From Thalia democratica (Eukaryota), in contig OZ241830.1 of NCBI GenBank assembly GCA_965202585.1, forward strand, positions 59,892,001 through 59,956,000: 64,000 nucleotides of DNA, given 5' to 3'. Both the position numbers and the translations under genes were made by a program. The first letter of the stretch is position 1. Every line of letters begins with the position of its first letter. The notes beneath the pieces were generated by a model, which was given only the letters and a program-made list of their open reading frames with translations, ran no database searches and was not told the DNA's origin. This document shows positions 26,501-35,950 of the stretch, one piece after another.

Positions 26501-29500
26501 GGAGCTTCAATAAACGGTCAATCTTACGATTTCGACGAAGAAACTGGAATTTCTGTAACAGAGGGAATGAAGTTGACAGGAACAACTGATTATTACAGTT
26601 ACATTTTCAAAGTTACTGTTTACACACAACCTGAAGTTTACCAACCAATCATTATTTACACGCCCAGCGTCAGAGTATGTTTAAGACTTTTCAAAGAACT
26701 TGTCATATGATATTTGTTTAGTTTCTATAACTAGATTGCTTTTTTAACAATAGAATCATTATTTTTTACCATGCTTCAAATAGTCTCTTTACTTAAAAAT
26801 ACCTTTTAAAACTAAACATATTTGTATAAAGGAATAAAGCGTTGACTTACTAAGTTGAAAAATAGTATCATTTGTAAGTACATACTGCAAACTTTTATAG
26901 TTTTTAAAAGTAAATGTTATGTTATTCTCAAATTATTACAAGTCTTACTTCAATACATTAATTAGTAAATATTTTTTTCTTAGGTTTATTCAATGGACAC
27001 CCAAGTCCATGAAAACACGACTACACAAACAAACTACAAGTATGTTTTTTTTTTGATTTATATTTATAGTTAGTGCTATTTTAAGTAGGTTCACTAACGT
27101 ACGAATGCAACAAGATTTTATCAAATATTTAATTGCTTTTATAAACTAACAACGAGTTTTTTTAATAAAAATTGTATTTAAAAGAATGAAGCTAGCATCT
27201 AAGGAACAAAATAGTCAGCAGCAAAATAGTCAGCAACAAAATAGTCAGCAGCAAAATAGTCAGCAGCAACAAAACGAAATGATGTTGAGTGAAAACATTG
27301 TTGACGAAATGATCGCTTCATCTTTCAACAATTTCTTAGTTGATTTGATATCAGGAAATGTTTCAAAACATACTTATGTAGAAAAAGTAATTGCAACTAC
27401 AACTGGTTTGTTATGCTTATGTTTTTCGCAATAAGTTAACTTTTAGATATTTAGTTTTAAATTTTACTAAAGTTTTTGTTGTAGGATTTGCTTTTTTTTT
27501 TGATGATAACTTTTGTTTTTTATTAAGTGCTCAAATAAAAAAAATATGGATTTGTTATTATATTAACTATAAATTTTTGATTATAATTTTGTTTGCGTTT
27601 CAGATGGGAAAACAGAAGTTGAGTTTTCTTTAGCTTCAACAAACATGGATAATGCGTTAATTGCTCAGAAACTATTGGAAAGTAAACTTAAAGATAGCAC
27701 ATTCACTCACATGGGAGAATCATTTGCATCAGTTGACCCTGATTGCTATTTGGAAATTGAAGGAGAATGTAGTTCTCCATCAACAACTACAACAACACCA
27801 GAACCAACTACAACAACAACTCAAAAACCAACTACAACAACCACTCAAGAACAAACTACAACAACAACTCCAGAACCAACAACAACAACTCAAAAACCAA
27901 CTACAACAACAACTCAAAAACCAACTACAACAACAACTCCAGAACCAACTACAACATCAACTCAAAAACCAACTACAACAACAACAACTCAAAAACCAAC
28001 TACAACAACGACTCCAGAACCAACTACAAAAACTCAAAAACAAACTACAACAACAACTCAAAAACCAACTACATCAACAACTCCAGAACCAACTACAACA
28101 ACAACTCCAGAACCAACTACAACAACAACTCCAGAACCAACTACAACAACAACTCCAGAACCAACTACAACAACAACTCAAAAACCAACTACAACAACAA
28201 CTCAAAAACAAACTACAACAACAACTCCAGAACCAACTACAACAACAACTCCAGAACCAACTACAACAACAACTACAGAACCAACTACAACAACAACAAC
28301 TCAAAAACAAACTACAACAACAACTCAAAAACCAACTACAACAACAACACCAGAACCAACTACAACAACAACTCAAAAACAAACTACAACAACAACTCCA
28401 GAACCAACTACAACAACTCAAAAACAAACTACAACANNNNNNNNNNNNNNNNNNNNNNNNNNNNNNNNNNNNNNNNNNNNNNNNNNNNNNNNNNNNNNNN
28501 NNNNNNNNNNNNNNNNNNNNNNNNNNNNNNNNNNNNAAGCATTAAATTTAATTTTTAAACTTTGAAAACAAAAAAAAAATAATATTTTTAGAATGGTTTA
28601 AACATACATGTGTTAATAAAAGTAAAGCCTATATCATGTAGACTAGCCTAGAAAATTAGACATTAAAAAAATAGTTTCAATTGTAAATAACTCATTTAAA
28701 CAGGGTTTTGCAAACTTTAAACTTGCCGTTGATAAAGCTGGAAGCCAAACTTTAAGATTTAAAGTAAGTTTTTTAATGTATAATTTCTCGTTTAAATATT
28801 TTTGATAAACTAAATATACTAAACAAACTAAATTTTTATAAAGTTTTTGAAATAATTAAAGTTTAAGCTTAAAAAAGTATGTTTTTTTTTGATCCATTAA
28901 CAAAACATATTTACTTTTTTGTATAATAAAATTATAATAACTTAGAACATGTTTTTAAAATTCAAAGAATATTATTTACATGTTTTTTAAAGAAGTAATT
29001 TATTGTTATTAGTTTAATATTTAAAAATTAAAATCGATTGCTTCATTAATTATTTATAACAAAAACGACTTATTTAGATTATAAAACCAACAAGTGCATC
29101 TATTGCTGAAGTTACTGTGCCAATAGAAGTAACCAAAAGAGAAGTTAATGCGAAGATAAACAATTTAGAAAGCTTTAAGCAAAGCAACAGTTTTATTGAG
29201 AAAAATGAAAATATTACTTTGGAATTTTTACTTACAGACAAAAATGGTCAAAGTCTTAGTAATATTGGTTACAACGTAAGTTTTACGTGTTTTAGTTGAC
29301 AAATACTAAACTTATTGTTTTGAAAAATGCTTTAAAGCAAAATTTTAACTTTTAAGTTTAATAATTTTTATTACTAAACCAACGCGAGTTTCAAAATAAA
29401 CTATCAACGCTAATTTTTTTAAAAGTTTTTCAATTAAAGACGTTAAAGTGACCGAACACTTTTGTAAAAGAAAAACTATTTAGTTTATAAGTATTTCTAA

Positions 29501-32500
29501 CTGTACATAACATACAAAATGGTTGTCAGTATGGTTTTTTGTATTGAAATAAATAGAGAAATTTTTAGCAGTATTATGTGCACATTATTCTTGAACTTAG
29601 TTCATCTAAACTTAACACTAAGTACGTATAAAATACATACAGGGAAATAGTTGGAAAGCAAAAGTTGAGCTTGCTGACCCACAAAGTCGAGCTTCAATAA
29701 ACGGTCAATCTTACGATTTCGATGAAGAAACTGGAATTTCAGTAACAGAGGGAATGAAGTTGACAGGAACAACTGATTATTACAGTTACATTTTCAAAGT
29801 TACTGTTTACACACAACCTGAAGTTTACCAACCAATCATTATTTACACACCCAGCGTTAGAGTATGTTTAACACTTTTAGAACATCATTAGCGTAAATTT
29901 TAACTTTAAAGTTAAAAAGTCATTATCGTTCTTTTTTACTTAGAACAGTGGTCGGCAGCCTTATGTAACTCGCAGGCAAATTTTTTCTAGGAATAAATGC
30001 TTGCGGGCCGCACTATTTAGAAAAAACTTTTCAGGGCCGAATTTATTTAAAAAAAGTTCTACTAATCAGTAGAAAAATACTATTTAAGATTTAACATATG
30101 TTAAATTAAGCTATACTAGAACACTAATAAAGTGTATTTATTGAATTAAGAGCCTAACTGCAATTTTTATTACAAAACCTCTAATTTTCATTATTTTTTA
30201 AATGTATACTTTTGGCTAAAAAGGAGTTCGCGGGCCGCCTTTTGGCCTGCGGGCCGCAGTTTACCGACCCCTGACTTAGAACGGTAATTTGACAAAAAAA
30301 TTGAAAAATAAATAAAACGTTTACTCACTACATTTAAAATTAATATATCTCAAGTGTAACTTATATAGTTGGATTGATTTTTTAAGAACAGAGCTATGCA
30401 ACTTTACCATGTTTTAATTAGTCTCTTTACTTAAAACAACTTTTTAAAATTAAATATATTGGTATAAAGGAATAAAATATTGACTCACTGAGTTAAACAA
30501 TAATATCACATGAAAGTACACACTGTAAACATTTTTAGTTTCAAAAGTAAATTTCATTTTATTCCTAAATTATTACTAGTCATACTTAAAAACATTAATT
30601 AATATATTACTTTAGGTTTATTCAATGAACAATCAAGTGCATGAAAACACGACAACACAAACAAACTACAAGTATGTTTTTTAATTTTAATGAATTTCAT
30701 GAAAGTTAGTTTATGTAAATACAATAAGTTTTTGAATCAAAAAATGTTTTCTTAACTTAATTTTTTTTTTTAATTACCAGTGGGTTGTTTTAATTTAATT
30801 AATTTTTTTCTACAAAAGAATGAAGCTAGCATCTAAGGAACAAAATAGTCAGCAACAAAATAGTCAGCAGCAAAATAGTCAGCAGCAAAACAGTCAGCAG
30901 CAATCGAACGAAATGATGTTGAGTGAAAACATTGTTGACGAAATGATTGCTTCATCTTTTAACAATTTCTTAGTTGATTTGATATCAGGAAATGTTTCAA
31001 AACATACTTATGTAGAAAATGTACTTGCAACTACATCTGGTTAGTTGTGCTTAAATATAACTTCAATAAGCTCACAAGAAGTTGTTTAACTTCTAAAGTT
31101 TTAAATATAGGTTTTAAGAAATTGTTTTGGATATATATATATTCGTATAAAACAAAGTTTAACAAAAGTTTTAGTTTTTAAATATCAAACGTTATTTCTA
31201 AAAGTTTTCCTTATTGTAAACTTTTGACTATAAAAACATTTCCAACAAAAAGATTTGTACTAAGTTAGTTGCAATATGTAATACTTCGAAGATTTTTATA
31301 TTTTAACATGTTTCTTTTAATTTAAAACAGTATACTAAAACAAGTCGTAATTAGATAGAAATAAGGTTAAGCATTTAAAACAATATATATATATGAATAC
31401 AGTAAACGCAACTTTTTAGATCTTAAGTCAGCATTTTAGGACATATTGCTTTATTTATAATTTATGTTTTTTTTTTTATTGCGTGCTAAAAAGTTTACTA
31501 ATAGTCATAGTTTTCAACATTTAAAACTAAAACATAATACCTATAACTCTATTAACATTTCAGATGGAAACACAGAAATTGAGTTTTCTTTAGCTTCAAC
31601 AAACAATAAAAATGCGTTAGTTGCTCAGAAATTACTCGAAAGAAAACTAAAAAATAGCACATTCACTTACATTGGAAAATCATTTGCATCAGTTGATCCA
31701 GATTGCTATTTGGAAATTGAAGGAAAATGCAGGTCTGCAACTTCATCAAAACCTGAGGTTTGTAAGAGTTTCTTACATAATCTTATTCCCTTAATTTTGA
31801 AATGAGTTTTATTTTTGAGGTTTTAAAGTAATTAGCGATTACTTTATGATTTATTGTGTTTAAATAAAGGCAGCAGTTAATTTTCCCGATGAAGATCCAA
31901 AAGCATCTACGCATTGAAAAATGTTTTTATGACCATAAAAAGTAGTTTTATTTCTTATAAATACCTTATTCACAGTGGGGGAAATGGCAAACGGGACTCG
32001 TAGCAAGCGGGTGCGCATTCGCAGTGGTGGCAGTATTCGGTGGTTCGATGTACAAAAATAACCACAAAAACTATATAAACAGTAAGTTTACTTTGCTAAT
32101 CTTTAATAAAGTTGTTACAATGAAGGAGATAAACAGTTGACACTTCCTATGTAAAAAGTTATAAGTATCATTTTCATGCAAATTAAAAGCTAAAACAATT
32201 GTTATCCGAAACTTTAAACGAGTTTAGAAAATTGAACTTTCAGTAAAACTTTTGTTTTACTTTTCAATTGAATTTATCAAAATTATTTTCTGGTAATCAT
32301 AAATTTTAGTTATAAGTTTATAGAAAAATAAGTATAATTAAAGTGTTTAAAACTTTAGGTACACTTACATGTGGATTAACTCTTTTTCGTAAGATTTAAA
32401 ACTAAATTGTTTAAAACTAAACTTATAGACTAAACATAATTGAAAACTTGAGCTCGCAGTTCGTGTACTTTTTATAAACATAATTTAACTCATACAGGTT

Positions 32501-33132
32501 TAGATGACGATTGTTCTACTCTATCTTCATCAAAAGCTTGGTCAAGGTAAGCAATTTTTTGCTTTGTCATTTCGAAATAATCAGTTAGAAAATAATTAAT
32601 AGACCAAGTTTAGTTAAAAATAATGTTTATATAGTTTTATTAAGTAATAAACTTATATTAAAATTTTTCAGCATGGAAAGCGTCAAAAAAGGTAAGTAGG
32701 TTTAAACAGTTTTATAAGTTTCAATATTTTTTATACTGTTTGTACTTTAAGTTAGAAGATTTGCGTCAAAAAAAATTTAAATTATAATGTTTTACACATT
32801 TGTACTTTAATTTTAGTACATACTATATTATGATATAAATTTTAAGTAGTATCAACTTTATGAACATTAATTCTAGTTTAATAAAAAAAGTTCCCATAAA
32901 AGATGTTTGTATACAAGTTCAAATAATTTTAACTTAGTAATTTTATTTAAATATTATTTTCAATGTTTGGTATTTTTGCAAAAAGCTTGTTGAAATCTAT
33001 TAGAAAATTATAAGTAAGTACTTAGTTTTTATTAAAAAAGTACTATTGTTTATTTTGTTTAGAAAAACTTATTTTTTAACAGGTTCACCTAGGTATAAAA
33101 CGGATTCTAGTTATGAAGTTATTGTAAACTAA
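91..33132 (+). CDS. PKHD1L1: Fibrocystin-L / PKHD1L1-like giant single-pass membrane protein (5' part lies upstream of the window; 78 exons traced)
   Basis: Phase-consistent exon chain: 91-262,429-588,842-994,1771-1893,2078-2323,2723-2906,3085-3311,3651-3833,3990-4153,4421-4517,4611-4724,4869-5029,5224-5366,5654-5772,5951-6106,6176-6289,6349-6576,6850-7022,7242-7326,7490-7645,7904-8069,8240-8360,8523-8660,8868-9008,9296-9487,9704-9821,9895-9984,10127-10254,10467-10609,10794-10891,11562-11720,11984-12215,12504-12765,13026-13164,13366-13514,13976-14165,14361-14514,15101-15310,15879-16047,16220-16402,16611-16719,16850-17033,17693-17859,18121-18204,18648-18881,19344-19447,19651-19780,20021-20190,20474-20649,20907-21058,21192-21357,21570-21681,22023-22149,22492-22668,23093-23270,23481-23566,23728-23899,24269-24337,24502-24670,24848-24953,25066-25193,25334-25459,25598-25657,25932-26129,26456-26674,26984-27039,27185-27405,27604-(gap),28704-28763,29078-29275,29643-29861,30616-30671,30819-31039,31564-31757,31976-32081,32498-32546,32672-32691,33083-33132 (TAA). 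Peptides recognised as PKHD1L1-like: QPQVQVFINNIPSVC, DRWSSIFTWGG, QAFRLGRYPIHWH, STSLLNDDVTPAAYWVTNPNN, AAGGTHFGFWYRM, INPSDCVDMECDA, RRLSPVAL, GPQDHGWCAGYTCQKRLS. Continuity across the N gap is assumed. Confidence 0.93.
1144..1496. mobile_element. hAT (Buster/Charlie-like) MITE in an intron
   Basis: TIRs TAGGGGTCGGCAGCC / CCGACCTTTG, subterminal GCGGGCCGC motifs, 8-bp TSD TACTAGGA/TACTAGGG (7/8, nnnTAnnn). Same family as 29946-30273. Confidence 0.8.
8580..14514 (+). other. First G8 domain plus parallel beta-helix (TMEM2/CEMIP-like) block
   Basis: DRWSSIFTWGG...VLLDTHTKVLVMLLIDGGKLIFD...GAKTLAVRDGTLDLHG (G8), followed by AEVGLLSRNIVVRG, RYPIHWH, FFIEDGIE and GWFGLWIF, collinear with the PKHD1L1 family as I recall it. 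Confidence 0.85.
10900..11322. mobile_element. MITE with about 55-bp internally repetitive TIRs (MULE/foldback-like)
   Basis: Left GGTGCACGACTATTCAAATTCGGACAATTCAAATTCCAACAATTCAAATTCTTAA; the right end is its reverse complement with 4 mismatches. Flanking direct repeat GTTCGTTT at 10892-10899 and 11323-11330. Partial solo TIR at about 37361-37386. Confidence 0.8.
17123..17466. mobile_element. hAT (Buster/Charlie-like) MITE in an intron
   Basis: Ends CAGTGAATCTTAATCT / GGTTAACAAACCGCTG, perfect 8-bp TSD ATCTAAAA (17115-17122, 17467-17474). Internal perfect palindrome GGGGTAAATTTACCCC at 17139-17154 and repeated GGGGTAAAT motifs. Confidence 0.8.
19140..19261 (+). repeat. Dispersed repeat family A, copy 1
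   Basis: Core ACGAAAAAACCTTTCGGTTAT and 3' GTCCAGGACA are shared with 39727-39817 (+), 41766-41892 (-, one A fewer) and 53344-53420 (+, partial). Confidence 0.8.
25598..27779 (+). repeat. C-terminal module copy 1 (6 exons: Ig-like strands, QQQNS repeat, putative SEA-like domain)
   Basis: Exons of 60, 198, 219, 56 and 221 nt plus the 5' part of the exon at 27604. Each has a same-length counterpart at 28704-31757, and the introns are also alignable (e.g. 26760-26980 vs 30400-30615). Confidence 0.85.
27780..28436 (+). repeat. Mucin-like Thr-rich coding repeat, (PEPTTTTT)/(QKPTTTTT) units of about 21-27 nt, at least about 219 codons
   Basis: In frame with the exon starting at 27604 (DGKTEVEF...EGECSSPSTTTTTPEPTTTTTQKP...). 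Open until the gap; no donor site is visible before it. Confidence 0.88.
28437..28536. other. Assembly gap (100 N, true size unknown)
   Basis: Run of exactly 100 N, starting inside the mucin repeat. Confidence 0.99.
28704..31757 (+). repeat. C-terminal module copy 2 (6 exons, no mucin extension)
   Basis: Exons 28704-28763, 29078-29275, 29643-29861, 30616-30671, 30819-31039 and 31564-31757 are all open, with intact GT-AG sites and the same phases as copy 1. Confidence 0.85.
29946..30273. mobile_element. hAT (Buster/Charlie-like) MITE, present only in module copy 2
   Basis: TIRs CAGTGGTCGGCAGCC / CCGACCCCTG, perfect TSD ACTTAGAA (29938-29945, 30274-30281). Alignable along its length to 1144-1496; absent from the homologous intron 26675-26983. 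Confidence 0.88.
31976..33132 (+). other. Transmembrane exon and 48-aa cytoplasmic tail of fibrocystin-L, including a 20-nt micro-exon at 32672-32691
   Basis: WGKWQ-TGLVASGCAFAVVAVFGGSMY-KNNHKNYINSLDDDCSTLSSSKAWSSMESVKKGSPRYKTDSSYEVIVN*. Four exons; three of the donors are GTAAG and all phases are consistent. Confidence 0.8.
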
Positions 33133-34167
33133 GTTTGCAATCAAAATCCCGTGTTTATTTGTTTATTTCTTTTCTACAACTTTCATATAACAGTTTTTTT
33201 TCTAAAACTCTGACAAGTAATACTTTTTTTAGTTTATTTATACCTTTTTTTATTACATTAAAAGACTTGCATTTTTTATTCGTTAAATAAACTATTTTTC
33301 ATAAAAAGTGTTTCTTTAATTAAATTAATTTTTTTTAAAACATATCGTTAATCTAGATTATATATTTTTTTACAATCTTTTGTGCTTGTCAGGTGTTCAT
33401 CAAACAGTTTTGTTTTTACTTTTAACCATTAGTTTGTACAAAAAGAAAATATGTAAACTCATGTAGTCTTCAACTACTTTATCTTTGTTAAAAAGGCTTA
33501 GTAGCTTCGGTTCCGTAGAAGTAATAATGACTGTATTAAAAACTGTAATAGTCAAACATTGTAAAACCGAAACTGACTATTCGACAAATAAAGAAAAAAT
33601 TACATCAAAACTTTAAATCTAAAAGGTCTACTAAAAAGCTCAATAATTGTCTAAAGTAAAAAAGCTCAAAAAAATTATCACTTAAACATACATGCTTTGT
33701 CTATAATATAAGAAAATAATTTTAAAGCTTAAGTTTTATACTAAAAGCGTATAATTCTATAAGTAAAACTATAACTTATGAAGTAGCATTATTCTTAAAA
33801 AAAAGAGAGCAATAAAAGTTAAACTTACGGAATTCTAGTTTGTGTATAAATAAAGCTATATATGTAAAATTTTGACTAATTGAAAACTGCTTACTATTAA
33901 TTGCAACTTAACAACAAACTATTTTATAAAGCAGACAATTTTTAACGTGTTGTACAAACGTCAAACATTACTAATTTAAGTACTTAGTAAACAAAACAAA
34001 AGCTTAAAATTTTACGTTTATAAGCAAGCACACAACAGTTCAAGCAATTAATTTTGTCATTGATCACACTGTCTACTTTGCGGTTCTCATAGTATTTCCA
34101 AAAAACTGCCTCATCTTTTATACCATGATCTACTAGAAGTAGCATAGTTACTTTCATCTTTCAAGTA

Positions 34168-35083
34168 CAGTAACCTCTCGCATCTTTACGCACTCGTGAC
34201 GTTACGTACTCTCGTTTAGTTACGCATTTTAGAATTCTAAAAAGTATAAACAATGAAAATGTTTTTTTTTAAATGCACAAATTAGGTTTATTGTAGAATT
34301 TTAATGTAAAATATGTTGTTAAATACTAACTCACCTCTCTATATCTTTATACTTTGTAAACTTATGTACTTTATTAGTATTACTTGACTAATTAATAAAC
34401 ATTTAGTTATACCTCAGTATATTAAAAATTTTGTTAGCATAAGAGATTAATCTAAACTTCTGAAAGAAATATGACTGTGTTAAATAATGAGAGTATAATG
34501 AAATAATGAGAGTTTGTAACACAAATAAATAATATAGTACTCTTGCCCTATATATGAATAAACATCTAAAAAAGAAATTTAATGAAACTTCCTAGCAAAA
34601 AGTAGCAGTGATATTTAATATATATAAAGCTCACACTTAAAACAAATCTCAATCGTTATTTTAGTAAACATATCACTAATTTTCATTTGAAGTTTTTTTT
34701 TAGCTTAAGTTCTTCTGTAACACTTGCTATGCACAGCAATTAGCTAAGTGGAATAGAACACAAATGTTAGGTATCAAATAAGTCAGAAATAAGTAAAGAT
34801 AAAGATAAAATCTACTTATTATTAAAATCAGTAAAGTTTTTCTACAAGTTTTATTATTTTATATAAAATTAAATTTTCTTTTTATAAGTATTGTTTTGTC
34901 TTTTGTTTTCATAATTATAAATTAAGTAAACAGTTTATTAAAAGTGGGAAAGTCCTCAGTCCTCAGTCCGTACATTATAAGCAATATCAAAAAACAGCCA
35001 TTATAGTAGTATATTTGGTACCTCTCGTATCTTTAGGCACTTTTCTGTGGACACAATGTGCGTAAATAAACGAGAGGTTACTG
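34168..35083. mobile_element. Non-autonomous Tc1/mariner (pogo/Tigger-like) element, 916 bp
   Basis: TIRs CAGTAACCTCTCG(CATC/TTTA)TTTACGCAC at both ends, each flanked by TA. AT-rich interior with no transposase ORF. Confidence 0.75.
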
Positions 35084-35784
35084 TACCTCTGATAAAGACA
35101 ACCAATCAGATGAACTTGTCAGCCATTTTGTCTAAAGACGTTGTTTACATTCTCTCTTTTAAGCCCCAAAAACAGTTTACCTGGTTAGCATCAAGTTTGA
35201 CCTTGACGTCTACCGTGATTTCGAAGAGCAAGCATTCGGTCATAACCTTTCAAACTTTGTGCTACCAGTCGATCCGACTCTCCTTGTCAAGGTTCTCGTT
35301 AAAACTTTACAGTTTTCCTCAATCTCTTCGAGAACCAGCCCTCAGAATACTTTTCATCATCACTTTCTGACCAAAAATTTTCTCGACACAGTCGCCCCAC
35401 TTATACGGGTGATCCCTTAGAACCATTGTGCTGCTGTTGTTTTAATGAATCTACTTATCTTTTTTAAGAATCTAAGAAACGTTTACTTTTTTCATGTAAA
35501 GTTCTGGGTGGCATTAAAAGTCTTACGTTATTGTTGTTTTTTTTTAAATAAGACACAGGTAGCAACTTTTGTTTTGTTCCACGCCAAATTCTGAGCTACT
35601 TCCAGAGTTATCCATGCAGAACACTTACAAATTTACAATAAAAAACTAAATCTTACTGCTTCGAGAATAAAACATTTCTTTTCTAAGCTTGTGTGTAAAT
35701 ATTTTAAACACAAACAACTTTTTAAGATTTATAGCTCAAAACTATTAAACAGCGTTGAATTGCTTTAATAGTTTTATATAGTCC

Positions 35785-35950
35785 AAGGTTTCCCATAGTG
35801 GCAATATTTGCCACTTTTGACGTTAATTAGTATGGCGGCAAAAATTAAATTGGCAACTAATTAGTAAAGGAGCGATAGAATGGGGTCAATTTGTTTTCAA
35901 ATTTGTACCAAGGAAGCTTTTATGAGTTTGGGAGACTCTGATCTAGTAGA
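35785..35950 (+). repeat. Degenerate dispersed repeat B, related to 45720-46350
   Basis: Collinear shared blocks TAGTAAA..AGCGATA.AAT and CCAAGGAAG.T.TTATGA.GTTT. GC-richer than the background; ends not defined. Confidence 0.4.

Noticed and set aside
27661-28545. 294-aa Gln/Leu/Asn ORF on +, and a Cys/Trp-rich 117-aa ORF on - (28074-28427) resembling keratin-associated proteins
   Set aside because: Alternative-frame and antisense shadows of the ACA/CAA mucin repeat, which cannot form stops. Only the Thr frame is continuous with the spliced upstream exon.
263-33082. A non-canonical or U12-type intron system
   Set aside because: All traced introns are GT-AG except one GC-AG; no AT-AC ends or RTATCCTT donors were seen.
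33133-33300. AATAAA polyadenylation signals after the stop codons
   Set aside because: The hexamer is too frequent in this AT-rich background to call a site without transcript data.
35047-35370. 107-aa ORF in the track
   Set aside because: Begins inside the MITE TIR at a GTG, has no recognisable motif and no splice context.
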